The notes beneath the pieces are model-generated. The model saw only the letters and a program-made list of their open reading frames with translations. It searched no databases and was not told where the DNA came from. A stretch of 39,187 nt of DNA. Source: Sulfurimonadaceae bacterium (lineage in GTDB: Bacteria > Campylobacterota > Campylobacteria > Campylobacterales > Sulfurimonadaceae). The stretch lies in contig JBFFUI010000018.1 in assembly GCA_041571435.1 (NCBI GenBank), positions 1 to 39,187 of the forward strand, in the 5' to 3' direction. The first letter of the stretch is position 1. Each line of letters opens with the position of its first letter. Made by a program: the position numbers and the translations under genes. Shown here one piece after another: positions 22,505-31,675 of this stretch.

Positions 22505-22568
22505 GTGCTAAGTGCTAAGTGCTAAGTGCTAAGTGCTAAGTGCTAAGTGCTAAGTGCTAAGTGCTAAG
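22502..22568. repeat. Perfect heptamer tandem repeat (TAAGTGC)x9 + TAAG
   Basis: Counted directly; the first unit starts at the gpx TAA stop. Confidence 0.98.
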
Positions 22569-22664
22569 AAAGATGACGCAGTTCATCTAAAAGCAATCTA
22601 AAAGTTTCAGAAAGGCACAACTCAAAAACGATGGCGAAGCTCATCGCAAACAATCCTAAGTTCG

Positions 22665-22773
22665 TAAAAGTTTCAGATGTGGCACAGGCTGTGACAAATT
22701 AAGGCCGAAGACGTACATCCGGTACGTCGAGAGCCGCAGTTCGGTGCAAAATGCGCTGCAGCTTGAGCTTTTA
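22665..22773. repeat. 109-nt imperfect palindrome, candidate ERIC/MITE-like element
   Basis: Two 52-nt arms pair without gaps around a 5-nt loop; TA at both ends. Confidence 0.7.
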
Positions 22774-25122
22774 TTCGTAGTAGCCTTTTCCAGAACCATA
22801 GCCATAGCCGTAACCGTAGCCGTAACCATGCTTCTTGCTGGACTCCAAACCATTAATGATAAAGCCGAGATTATGCAGTTCATGCTCGGTTGCGAAACGC
22901 TCGATATTTTTAAGAAAAGACTTCTTCGAGTAGTTGGCACGCGTAACGATAAGACCGACATCTGCCATCCTAAGCAGTATCATCGCATCGGTAACCAGGC
23001 CGATCGGCGGTGTGTCGAGGATGATATAATCATACGTTGAAGCGAGCTTTTCGATCATCTCATCAAATCCCGATGTCACCAGCAGCTCAGACGGGTTTGG
23101 CGGTTTAGGGCCGGCTGTTAGGACATCCAGATTTTCCAGAACATCTTTCTGGATAACCTCTTCAAGCGTATTACTGCCGGAAAGTACCGAACTAACACCG
23201 AGCTTGTTGCTAATACTAAACTCTTCGTGCATACGGGAACGGCGCATATCCAGGTCCAAAATAACCACTTTTTTTCCAGTCGCCGAGACGATCTTGCTCA
23301 AAGCCACTGCAACAGTTGTCTTCCCCTCTCCGGAGATAGACGAGGTCAACGCAACAACTTTGGATTTTTTCGCACCGCCCACAAATTGAAGGTTTGTGCG
23401 CAATACACGCATCGCCTCTTCAAACTGCGAACGGGTCGTCTTGTCTTTACGCTGCGGGACCGCCCCATAGAGCGGGATATTGCTCATCTTGTCGATGTCT
23501 TCCGCAGTTTTAAGGGTATCATCCAGGAATGCACGTAAAAAGGCCAAGGCAATACCGACGATAAAGCCCAGGATCATACCGACTAAAATAATCAATAGAC
23601 GCTTCGGTTTGATCGGCAGGTCAGGCAGCAGCGCCGCGTCTAGTACGCGCGTTTTGGAAACTGTCGACGAGCGGAGGATTGCCGTCTCTGCACGTTTTTC
23701 CAAAAGGAAATTATAGACCTTTTCGTTGACCAGTGTGTTGCGTGTCAGGTTGGCCAGCATACGCTCATTTTCCGGCAGTGCTTCCAAAGAGCGCTGATAC
23801 TTTTGGATATAGCGGCGCAGCGTCTTTTTACGCTGTTCGATAATATTGATATCATTTTTTAGAGTAAACTTGATCGATGACTTGATAGAGTTGATCGCTT
23901 CGGTCAGTTTGATGACGTCTGGGTGAATCTCTGTAAATTCGACCAACAGCGAGTTACGCGCCATAATACTCTCTTGGAGTTTCTGGATCATCTGTGCCAG
24001 AGCCGGATCGGTATAGGCTGCCGACCCCAGACTGATACCGGAAAGGTCTTTACCGGTGTGGACATACTCCTGAACGTTTTTCAGTACATTGGATTCGATC
24101 TCAAGTGCCTGAAGCTTACTCTCATACTCAGCCATGTTCTGCGCAGTCATCATCGCCTGGGAACCGGCATCGACAATTGTATGTTCAGACCGGAACGACT
24201 CAAGTTGCCCTTGTGATTTTTCGACATCTTTGTTGATCTCTTCGATCTGGGCATCAATAAACGCCAGCGTCTGGTCCGCCTCATGCGTCTTCTCTTCAAG
24301 CTCCTGCTGTAGGTAGCGCTCACTCAGTGTATTAATAACTTCCTGTGCACGCAGCGCTACGTTGTCTTGAAAGGTGATCTTCAGGATCGTACCGCTTTTA
24401 GAGATCAACGATGTCGCAATCCCGCTTTGAATGAAGCCGGCCATCTTGCTATTAGGCGTGATAGAGAACGAGTACGATCTCTCCGCAAGATCAAAAACTT
24501 TGTTTATGGTCAGACTGAACCACTCCGTCACAATCTCTTCGCCGAATCTGTGCTCTTGTTCATAGGCTTTCGGTTTGTCTTGGGAAGCCTCGATAAGTCC
24601 CAATGCAATCAAACTTTTCTCTCTAAAACTGACGGCTGGTGTCATTCGAAGGGTAAAACGTTCGTTATCCAATATTTCCATCTCAAACATTGCCCCCTCC
24701 AGCGCACTGTCGAGCTCTTTGGTGACCACCACAAACGGTGAACTTCTATAGAGTTCGACCGTACGGAAGTTGTGTCTGGTAAAGTAACGTGTTCCGATGT
24801 CCAGGCCCTCGAGCACCTTCTCTGAAAGAAAACGGGACTTAAGAATGAACTGCTCGTTGTCGAGGTTCGCCCCGCCGCCGCTAAGCGCCAACATCATCAT
24901 GTCATCACCCGGACCTCCGTGGCCCTGCTGCTCAAGTTCTATCGTGGTCGAGGCTTCATAGACATTGGGTTTAAAGTAGGCGAAGATCGTCGCACCGATC
25001 GTAAAGACGATCGCAAAGATGACAATAGAGTATTTGTAACGGTTTAAAGTACTGAAGACCTCTCTGAGATCGATCTCATCTTCATCAATACTGTTTTGCG
25101 GATTAACTGAGCTTGTATTCAT
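22771..25122 (-). CDS. wzc: Polysaccharide co-polymerase/BY-kinase
   Basis: EIDLRE, two TMs, PIKPK, SSISGEGKTT, DLDMRR, IILDTPP and a GYGYGYGYGY tyrosine cluster. Confidence 0.95.
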   Translation of the reverse strand: MNTSSVNPQNSIDEDEIDLREVFSTLNRYKYSIVIFAIVFTIGATIFAYFKPNVYEASTTIELEQQGHGGPGDDMMMLALSGGGANLDNEQFILKSRFLSEKVLEGLDIGTRYFTRHNFRTVELYRSSPFVVVTKELDSALEGAMFEMEILDNERFTLRMTPAVSFREKSLIALGLIEASQDKPKAYEQEHRFGEEIVTEWFSLTINKVFDLAERSYSFSITPNSKMAGFIQSGIATSLISKSGTILKITFQDNVALRAQEVINTLSERYLQQELEEKTHEADQTLAFIDAQIEEINKDVEKSQGQLESFRSEHTIVDAGSQAMMTAQNMAEYESKLQALEIESNVLKNVQEYVHTGKDLSGISLGSAAYTDPALAQMIQKLQESIMARNSLLVEFTEIHPDVIKLTEAINSIKSSIKFTLKNDINIIEQRKKTLRRYIQKYQRSLEALPENERMLANLTRNTLVNEKVYNFLLEKRAETAILRSSTVSKTRVLDAALLPDLPIKPKRLLIILVGMILGFIVGIALAFLRAFLDDTLKTAEDIDKMSNIPLYGAVPQRKDKTTRSQFEEAMRVLRTNLQFVGGAKKSKVVALTSSISGEGKTTVAVALSKIVSATGKKVVILDLDMRRSRMHEEFSISNKLGVSSVLSGSNTLEEVIQKDVLENLDVLTAGPKPPNPSELLVTSGFDEMIEKLASTYDYIILDTPPIGLVTDAMILLRMADVGLIVTRANYSKKSFLKNIERFATEHELHNLGFIINGLESSKKHGYGYGYGYGYGSGKGYYE

Positions 25123-25929
25123 TTAATAGTCCAATGCCTTATAGAGATACGTAATATTAACAAACGGCGCCAGGATCGACGAAATCAGCTGGAATGGCGG
25201 CGAGATCTCATCAAAGGCGATCTTACGCCCTTTCGATGCACGAGGCTGTACATAGACGATGTCGTTTGGTTTGAGATAAAGACTTGAGATTCGGACAGCT
25301 GACATCTGCGTCAGGTCGATCATACGCACTTCCGGATCACGAAGGTCGCCACGAAGGATCATGATACCGCGCCGTTCGGCAAAATCTGTCAAGTCGCCCG
25401 AACGCGCAATGACCTCGATCAGGTTCATCGTACCGTTTGTGATCTGTACGACACCTGGGTTTTTCACTTCACCAAGAACAAAGAGACGCTGATTCATGAT
25501 CTCGACCGTTACATAGGGATTACGCAGGTATTTACCATACTCTGCCATGAGATACTTAGCCGCTTCGTCTTCGGTAAAGCCCTGGATTTTGGCACTGCCT
25601 ATCAATGGGAGATTGACGGTGCCTTCTTGTGTGACCAAGAGGCCCTGTGACTCATCGGCGCCACTTCCTCCCTGCTGCGTACCGCGTGAACTGATCATCG
25701 AGGTCAACTGACCAGGACCGGCACCTGACTGGTTATAGACCATTATCCCGACGCGGTCGTTAGGCTGGATCTTGTTCTCAAAGACCATCTCGTCTTTGTA
25801 GACACTGTTGTTCACATCGGTCGGCTCTTCTGAACGTTCTTCGTCTTGGAAGAGAGTGTACTCTTTCATACTACAGCCGCTGAACAAGATCGTAACGGCA
25901 AAAATGAGGACAGATAAATTCTTATGCAT
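25123..25929 (-). CDS. wza: Polysaccharide export outer-membrane lipoprotein (probable start 25929)
   Basis: FSGC lipobox, GTVNLPLIG, VLGEVKNPG, LKPNDIVYV. The upstream ATG at 25962 lies inside a TATAAT box (25961-25966). Confidence 0.9.
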   Translation of the reverse strand: MHKNLSVLIFAVTILFSGCSMKEYTLFQDEERSEEPTDVNNSVYKDEMVFENKIQPNDRVGIMVYNQSGAGPGQLTSMISSRGTQQGGSGADESQGLLVTQEGTVNLPLIGSAKIQGFTEDEAAKYLMAEYGKYLRNPYVTVEIMNQRLFVLGEVKNPGVVQITNGTMNLIEVIARSGDLTDFAERRGIMILRGDLRDPEVRMIDLTQMSAVRISSLYLKPNDIVYVQPRASKGRKIAFDEISPPFQLISSILAPFVNITYLYKALDY

Positions 25930-26074
25930 ACTTCTCTCTATTCTATTATTATTGCTTGTCATTATATTGTGTGAAGTTTAGAATGAAGTTAAAAGGCAGT
26001 TTTCAGCCTGTCATACAAGCACAACGTGAGCACTGTTTAACCCCGATCAAGTTCTCTGAAGCTATAATCTTCTC

Positions 26075-27238
26075 ATGAACAGACTGGACCTTTCGATGCT
26101 ATCGCCTGACTTTAATGTGCTCATTGTCTGCTGCCGGGAGAAGACAGACATTTCCGCCGTCCAAACGCTTTTCTCAACATTTTCAGATGATGATTATCTC
26201 AACCTGCACCGACTGTCCAACAGGCATGGCCTCTATCCGCTGCTCTATAAAACCGTCATATCGGCAGACCCTGACTCGCTTTCTCCTAAAACAAAAGCAC
26301 TCTTTAAAGAGAGCAATATGGCCGTAGTCCGACGCAGCATGATGATGAGTGCTGAACTGCTGCAGCTTATGCAGCTATTTGAGACAAACGGCATCGAGGC
26401 GATAGCATTTAAAGGGCCGGCATTAGGTGAGATCGCCTACGGAAGTGTCATACTTCGTCAATACGGGGACCTTGATATTTTGATCAAACACGATGCCATC
26501 AAAAAGACGATTGCATTGCTGCTTGAGAGAGGCTACAGACCCGAAATAGATCTGCAAGATAGCACCATAGACACCTTTTACAACTGCGTCAACGTTATCG
26601 GCCTGTACAAAGGTCCTGTTCGTGTCGAGATCCACTGGGAACTTCTCTCAAAAAACTATGCCATTGACTGGGACGAAGAAACACTTTGGCACGACACCGA
26701 GACCGTCATGATCAACCACAAACCTATTAAAATTCTCTCGTTTGAAAACCACATCCTTTACCTATGCGCCCACGGGTCAAAACACCTATTTGAACGTTTA
26801 GAGTGGATCTGCGATATCGACAGAGCTGTCCGGGCCGAAAAAGATGTCGATTGGGACCATCTTATGTCAGTTGCAAAGGCCCTGGGTATAGAGCGGATGC
26901 TGCTCTTTGGGCTCACGCTTTCAGAACTGCTTTTTCAACTGCCGCTTCCTAAAGAGGTTCTGCATAAGATCGACAACGATCCGGCAATAGACGATCTAAT
27001 ACAGAAGGTAATAGATCTACACTATAGCAGCAAAGGAGCAAACACAAAATCCTACAGCACTTTTAGACTCCTTTGGCAGATGAGAGAGAACTTTAACGAC
27101 CGTCTCCGCTTCGCCTACCGGGGACTGTTTGCACCGAAGTTCGATGACTTCAAATTCGTGGCTCTGCCAAAAAAAGCACTCTTTTTATACCCGATAATCA
27201 GACCGTTTCGACTGCTAGTTAAATATTTCAACCGTTGA
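26075..27238 (+). CDS. Uncharacterised nucleotidyltransferase (NTP_transf_5-like)
   Basis: FKGPAL...Y....RQYGDLDILI, VEIHW, LYLCAHGSKH, LEWICDI. Confidence 0.85.
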   Translation: MNRLDLSMLSPDFNVLIVCCREKTDISAVQTLFSTFSDDDYLNLHRLSNRHGLYPLLYKTVISADPDSLSPKTKALFKESNMAVVRRSMMMSAELLQLMQLFETNGIEAIAFKGPALGEIAYGSVILRQYGDLDILIKHDAIKKTIALLLERGYRPEIDLQDSTIDTFYNCVNVIGLYKGPVRVEIHWELLSKNYAIDWDEETLWHDTETVMINHKPIKILSFENHILYLCAHGSKHLFERLEWICDIDRAVRAEKDVDWDHLMSVAKALGIERMLLFGLTLSELLFQLPLPKEVLHKIDNDPAIDDLIQKVIDLHYSSKGANTKSYSTFRLLWQMRENFNDRLRFAYRGLFAPKFDDFKFVALPKKALFLYPIIRPFRLLVKYFNR

Positions 27239-27273
27239 GATGTTCTTCTGAGACAGTGTTATGTACAGAGAGC

Positions 27274-28389
27274 TTATATCTCTTTGATAGCCGCTTTGTA
27301 TCTGTCGATGACAATCTTTTCATCAAACTCGTCAATGATTTTTTGACGTCCATTTATCCCCATCTGAACACGTTCGATGTCGTCAAGCAGAAACATTTTT
27401 TCCATCTTCTCGGCCAGGTCGTCAGCATTTTTGACCTCGCACAGAAACCCGTTTTTTCCCTCGTCTACAAGCTCTTTGCAGCCCGGAACATTTGTAGTGA
27501 TGATGGGTTTTGCCATAAGGGAGGCTTCGAGCAAGACCCTTGAGAGCCCTTCCCTGTAGGAAGGAAGAACCACACAATCAGCATGCGCTATAACATTTTC
27601 GACATTATCGCTGACACCCAGGTAGTTGACGACCCCCTCTTTTTGCCATGCGCCTATCTCCTGACCCGTTATGGCTGTTGGATTGCCATAATAATAAGGG
27701 CCCAAGATATTGAACTCGGCATCAGGGTATTTTGCCTTGACTATCCTCGCAGCATCCACAAACTCGACCAACCCCTTGTCCTTGAGCAACCTTCCGACAA
27801 AAAGAAAACAGACCCCCGCTTTTTTAACACTGTGGTGCAGCGGGATCTCTTTAGTCGTGTCAATTCCCGATCCCGGCAGACATTCTGTCTTTGCCGGGTC
27901 GACTAATCTGCTCTCTACAAAAAGTGCCTGGTCATGTTCATTCTGAAAAAAGACCTTCTTCGAAAAACGAAACGTAAAACGGTAGAGCCATCTGGCGATC
28001 CTCGACGAAAGGCTGTCATCCAAAAATACCGTCCCAAGACCAGACACGTTGTTGATGACAGGTACCCCGGCAAGCGTCGCCGCAAGCGTTCCGTAGATGT
28101 TTGGCTTAATGGTGTAATGCAATGTCACATCAGATTTTATCGTCTTAAAGAGTCTATAAAAATCTGCCGTCAACTTCAGGTCTTCAAAAGGGTTCGTCCC
28201 CTTGTTGTTCATCTTGATCTCATAATACTCAAAACCCAGCTCTTCAAGCTTATGCGAAAAAGTATCCCGAGGCGCGATTGCCACAATGCGATAACCATCA
28301 GCCTGAAGTGCCTTTAAAAGCCCCACCCTGAAGTTGTAGATGTTCCAAGATGTGTTGATGACGATAGTGATGGTCTTACTGTTTTTCAA
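27274..28389 (-). CDS. GT4 glycosyltransferase (PglA/CapM-like; probable TTG start 28389)
   Basis: NTSWNIYNFR, YTIKPNIYG, GLG, FQN..D, GSGID, PSYREGLSRVLLEA. Confidence 0.88.
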   Translation of the reverse strand: MKNSKTITIVINTSWNIYNFRVGLLKALQADGYRIVAIAPRDTFSHKLEELGFEYYEIKMNNKGTNPFEDLKLTADFYRLFKTIKSDVTLHYTIKPNIYGTLAATLAGVPVINNVSGLGTVFLDDSLSSRIARWLYRFTFRFSKKVFFQNEHDQALFVESRLVDPAKTECLPGSGIDTTKEIPLHHSVKKAGVCFLFVGRLLKDKGLVEFVDAARIVKAKYPDAEFNILGPYYYGNPTAITGQEIGAWQKEGVVNYLGVSDNVENVIAHADCVVLPSYREGLSRVLLEASLMAKPIITTNVPGCKELVDEGKNGFLCEVKNADDLAEKMEKMFLLDDIERVQMGINGRQKIIDEFDEKIVIDRYKAAIKEI

Positions 28390-29755
28390 TGTCCAAATCC
28401 CTTTTAGCGCGCTGCCCGATGGAGAGCCTCTTTCGCTCCACCTCAATCATATCTCGTTTCTGCTTTTGCTTTTGAAGATAGATATGTCTCGACACCCAGA
28501 TAACGATCAACATCGCAGGCAAGACCTGTAATTTAAAGCGTACTGCCATTCCCAAGTTTGTAGGGGAGATTATGACATAAAAGAGCGACCACGAAAAAAT
28601 GAACAACATCAGAAATCTAAGGTACTTGTTTTTTAGAACATCCCGCCAGTTTTTGATGATATATTTGTACGTAAAGTAAAGCAATAAAACATTTTCGATT
28701 GCCGCTAGCAAAGAAAAAGGATTTCGAATATCCCAAGGCATTGGACGAAACAACGATGTAAACAAGTTTGGTATATAGAATAAAAGATAATCCCAAATAT
28801 TGTTGATATGCGTATATTCTAAGCTACTTCCGCCATAAGCCAATACATAAGATGTATAACTCATTTTGTAAAAAATATCTTGAAAAGATGATATACCTTG
28901 CATTGTTAAAAAGTAACTAAATGCAAAATACAAAAAAGGGAATAAAGGTAGTAACACTATGTTGCGTTTAATTGATGTCAGTCTAACAAAAAATAAACTT
29001 ATGGAGATGATCATAATAATAGAATACCATGAACGAATAAAGTGAATACCTATAATCGCAGTTATCACTAATAAAAGTGAGTAAATTCGTTTCTTGTTGA
29101 TAAAGTGGACAAATCCATATGTAAAAATTCCTACTGACAATAGATTTAGTGGATCTTTCCCTAAGATTGACGACCAGAAAAGTATAGATGGAAATAAAAA
29201 GAAAATATAAATAAAGTTATCATTTTCTATTGAAAGCCCACTCCTTTTCACAATAAGTTCATAACTTTTATAGATTAAGACAAGTCCTAAAAAAGCAATA
29301 AATGAATTTATCAGTTTAAGCGAATAATAGCTTTCTCCACCAATGAACGTAAACAGATAATTTACGAAAGTCGTATTAAATGTACCAGTTTTACCATGTG
29401 TATGTTCTCCTGTAAAATGTACAGCTTCAGCAAAATACAAATAGGCATCCAGTCCATAATACATCTCATATGGAATCATGACTATTAACGTAACAAATGC
29501 CTTAATGAGCCATATATATGTCAACGGTTTATTCCTAAAAAGCGTTACTACTGACGTCAACCCGATAAAAAGTAGTAAGGCTACGGCCAGACTATAATAT
29601 GGAGTATCATAATCACCAAAATACCTTGTATATTTAAAAACATTGTGGGAAAAAAGATCAAAATACATTAGCAATACCATTGAGGCTGAGAACATAACTA
29701 TCACAGAAAGTATAAATACTAAGGTAGTTGGTGCTTTAGGATCTTTCAGTAACAC
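28376..29755 (-). CDS. Polytopic membrane protein, putative Wzy polymerase
   Basis: Many hydrophobic segments; FPSILFWSSILGKD, RPMPW, NLGMAVRFK; position in the locus. Confidence 0.6.
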   Translation of the reverse strand: MLLKDPKAPTTLVFILSVIVMFSASMVLLMYFDLFSHNVFKYTRYFGDYDTPYYSLAVALLLFIGLTSVVTLFRNKPLTYIWLIKAFVTLIVMIPYEMYYGLDAYLYFAEAVHFTGEHTHGKTGTFNTTFVNYLFTFIGGESYYSLKLINSFIAFLGLVLIYKSYELIVKRSGLSIENDNFIYIFFLFPSILFWSSILGKDPLNLLSVGIFTYGFVHFINKKRIYSLLLVITAIIGIHFIRSWYSIIMIISISLFFVRLTSIKRNIVLLPLFPFLYFAFSYFLTMQGISSFQDIFYKMSYTSYVLAYGGSSLEYTHINNIWDYLLFYIPNLFTSLFRPMPWDIRNPFSLLAAIENVLLLYFTYKYIIKNWRDVLKNKYLRFLMLFIFSWSLFYVIISPTNLGMAVRFKLQVLPAMLIVIWVSRHIYLQKQKQKRDMIEVERKRLSIGQRAKRDLDIEKQ

Positions 29756-31674
29756 TAGTCAGTCCACTCTTTACGCCACATCTCAAACATCAAGACAAAC
29801 CAGAGTTCATTAATGTTAATGTAGTCACCCCTGTAGTACTGCTTCAGTGTTTGTTGAACTTGTTCTGCATTAAAAATGCCACCCTCTTCCAAACGGTCAT
29901 AATCCAAATATGTCTCGAGAAGCTCTCTTAAATCACTTTTCAACCACTCGAAAAGTGGTACTTGAAACCCGGATTTTGGTCTGTCCCAATACTGTTTTGG
30001 CAGATGTTTTTCCAACACTTTTTTGAGTAAATATTTTCCGTTGCTATCTTTATATTTTAACTCTATTGGAATTGTCGCAACATACTCTGCTATTTTATGA
30101 TCCAGCAGCGGTTCCCGCCCTTCCAGACTTTGACTCATCGTAGCCCGGTCAACTTTAGTCAACACATCATCAACCATAAACGTTTGGTAATCTATTACCA
30201 TCATCTGTTCGACAGGTTCAACACTTTTTAGTGTCTTGAAGTTATTGAAGTTCGTAAGACTCAAAGTAGTCAGCTCGTCTTTGAGGTACTTACTGACCGT
30301 ATCACTGTCAACATATGAACTTGCCTCGACAAACATCTCTTCCAAACTCTCTGCATTCAGAGCACGTTGAAACTTTTGAAACTTGTCGCGCACATTGGTT
30401 TGACGTTTAGTTTTTGGTATTAGTTCATTGAGTTTGAAAACAGTGTCTTCATTCAATAAAGAGACTGTTTTTTGCACAACCCTTTTCCGAAGACCAGGTT
30501 CCAGGTACTTAACTGTTTTATTGAGAGCAAAGTACTTACTGTAGCCACAGAACGTCTCATCTCCGCCATCTCCGGAAAGGACAACAGATACTTTTTCTTT
30601 AGCAAGTTTCGAGACTAAGATCGTTGCAATGGCAGAACTGTCGCCAAACGGTTCATCGTAGATCTTCGGCAAGTCGGGTATGACCGCCAAGGCATCCTTT
30701 TTTGAGCAATAATACTCGGTATGATCTGTCTTAAGATACCCTGCAATCGCTTTGGCCTGTTCCGCTTCATTGTAACCCGTTTCGTCGAACCCGATAGTAA
30801 AGGTCTTTAACGGCTCGTCAGACTCTCTCTGGAGCAATGCCGTCACAATAGAACTGTCGACACCGCCGCTTAGAAAAACCCCCACCGGAACATCAGAAAC
30901 CATACGCAACTTAAACGCTTCTGTCAGCTCTTTTTCAAGACCATGAACAACATCTTCTTCAAGTGTATCTGTTTTTTCTGCACGATACAGGGCATTAATG
31001 TCCCAATACTGCTCAATGTTGAATGCAGCATGTTGAATGTCATATACCAGACAATGCCCTGGTTTTAATTTATAGGCATCTTCAAAAATGCTGTACGGTG
31101 CCGGAATATAACCAAACTGCATGTAGGTCGGTATGACATCTTTATTGATCTTTTTTGAAAAGCGCTTATGTTGATGAAATGCTTTTAACTCGCTGGCGAA
31201 CAAAAACAGACCGTCTTTGGCATAGTAATAAAACGGCTTCACTCCTGCACGGTCACGGAACATATAGAGCTTCTGCTCTCTTGTGTCCTGAATGACAAAA
31301 GCAAACATGCCCCGGAACTTCTCAACGCATTCGACACCCCAGGCATGGAAGGCTTTTAAAATGACTTCTGTATCGGTATGAGAATCAAAGTCATACCCAA
31401 GAGTCTGCAACTCCTGTTTTATATCTTCAAAATTATAGACTTCTCCGTTGTGAATGACATATAGATGCTCATAGGCCATAGGCTGTTGCCCAAGTTCAGT
31501 GAGGTCCAGAACAGAAAGCCGTTGATGACCTAATCCAATTTGACAGTTTGATGTCTCTTCAAAATGAGTACCGGAACTGTCGGGTCCGCGATGCTGTAGG
31601 GTTGCCGTCATTACCTTAAGTTGCTCAGACGATGACAAGCAACTGTGATCAACAAACCCTACAATTCCGCACAT
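29755..31674 (-). CDS. asnB: Asparagine synthase (glutamine-hydrolysing)-type amidotransferase
   Basis: MCGI N-terminus, HRGPD, NGEVYN, LSGGVDSS, SGDGGDE, KVDRATM..SLEGREPLLD. Confidence 0.93.
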   Translation of the reverse strand: MCGIVGFVDHSCLSSSEQLKVMTATLQHRGPDSSGTHFEETSNCQIGLGHQRLSVLDLTELGQQPMAYEHLYVIHNGEVYNFEDIKQELQTLGYDFDSHTDTEVILKAFHAWGVECVEKFRGMFAFVIQDTREQKLYMFRDRAGVKPFYYYAKDGLFLFASELKAFHQHKRFSKKINKDVIPTYMQFGYIPAPYSIFEDAYKLKPGHCLVYDIQHAAFNIEQYWDINALYRAEKTDTLEEDVVHGLEKELTEAFKLRMVSDVPVGVFLSGGVDSSIVTALLQRESDEPLKTFTIGFDETGYNEAEQAKAIAGYLKTDHTEYYCSKKDALAVIPDLPKIYDEPFGDSSAIATILVSKLAKEKVSVVLSGDGGDETFCGYSKYFALNKTVKYLEPGLRKRVVQKTVSLLNEDTVFKLNELIPKTKRQTNVRDKFQKFQRALNAESLEEMFVEASSYVDSDTVSKYLKDELTTLSLTNFNNFKTLKSVEPVEQMMVIDYQTFMVDDVLTKVDRATMSQSLEGREPLLDHKIAEYVATIPIELKYKDSNGKYLLKKVLEKHLPKQYWDRPKSGFQVPLFEWLKSDLRELLETYLDYDRLEEGGIFNAEQVQQTLKQYYRGDYININELWFVLMFEMWRKEWTD

Positions 31675-31675
31675 G

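Noticed and set aside
22502..22568. Repeat array as a CRISPR
   Set aside because: Contiguous 7-mers with no spacers, and no cas genes in the window.
22795..22830. Hexamer-like repeat at the wzc 3' end
   Set aside because: It encodes the Gly-Tyr autophosphorylation cluster expected in BY-kinases.
29755..31674. AsnB plus nucleotidyltransferase as a lasso peptide cluster
   Set aside because: AsnB keeps an intact MCGI glutaminase N-terminus, and no precursor, PqqD/RRE or B2 protease is visible.
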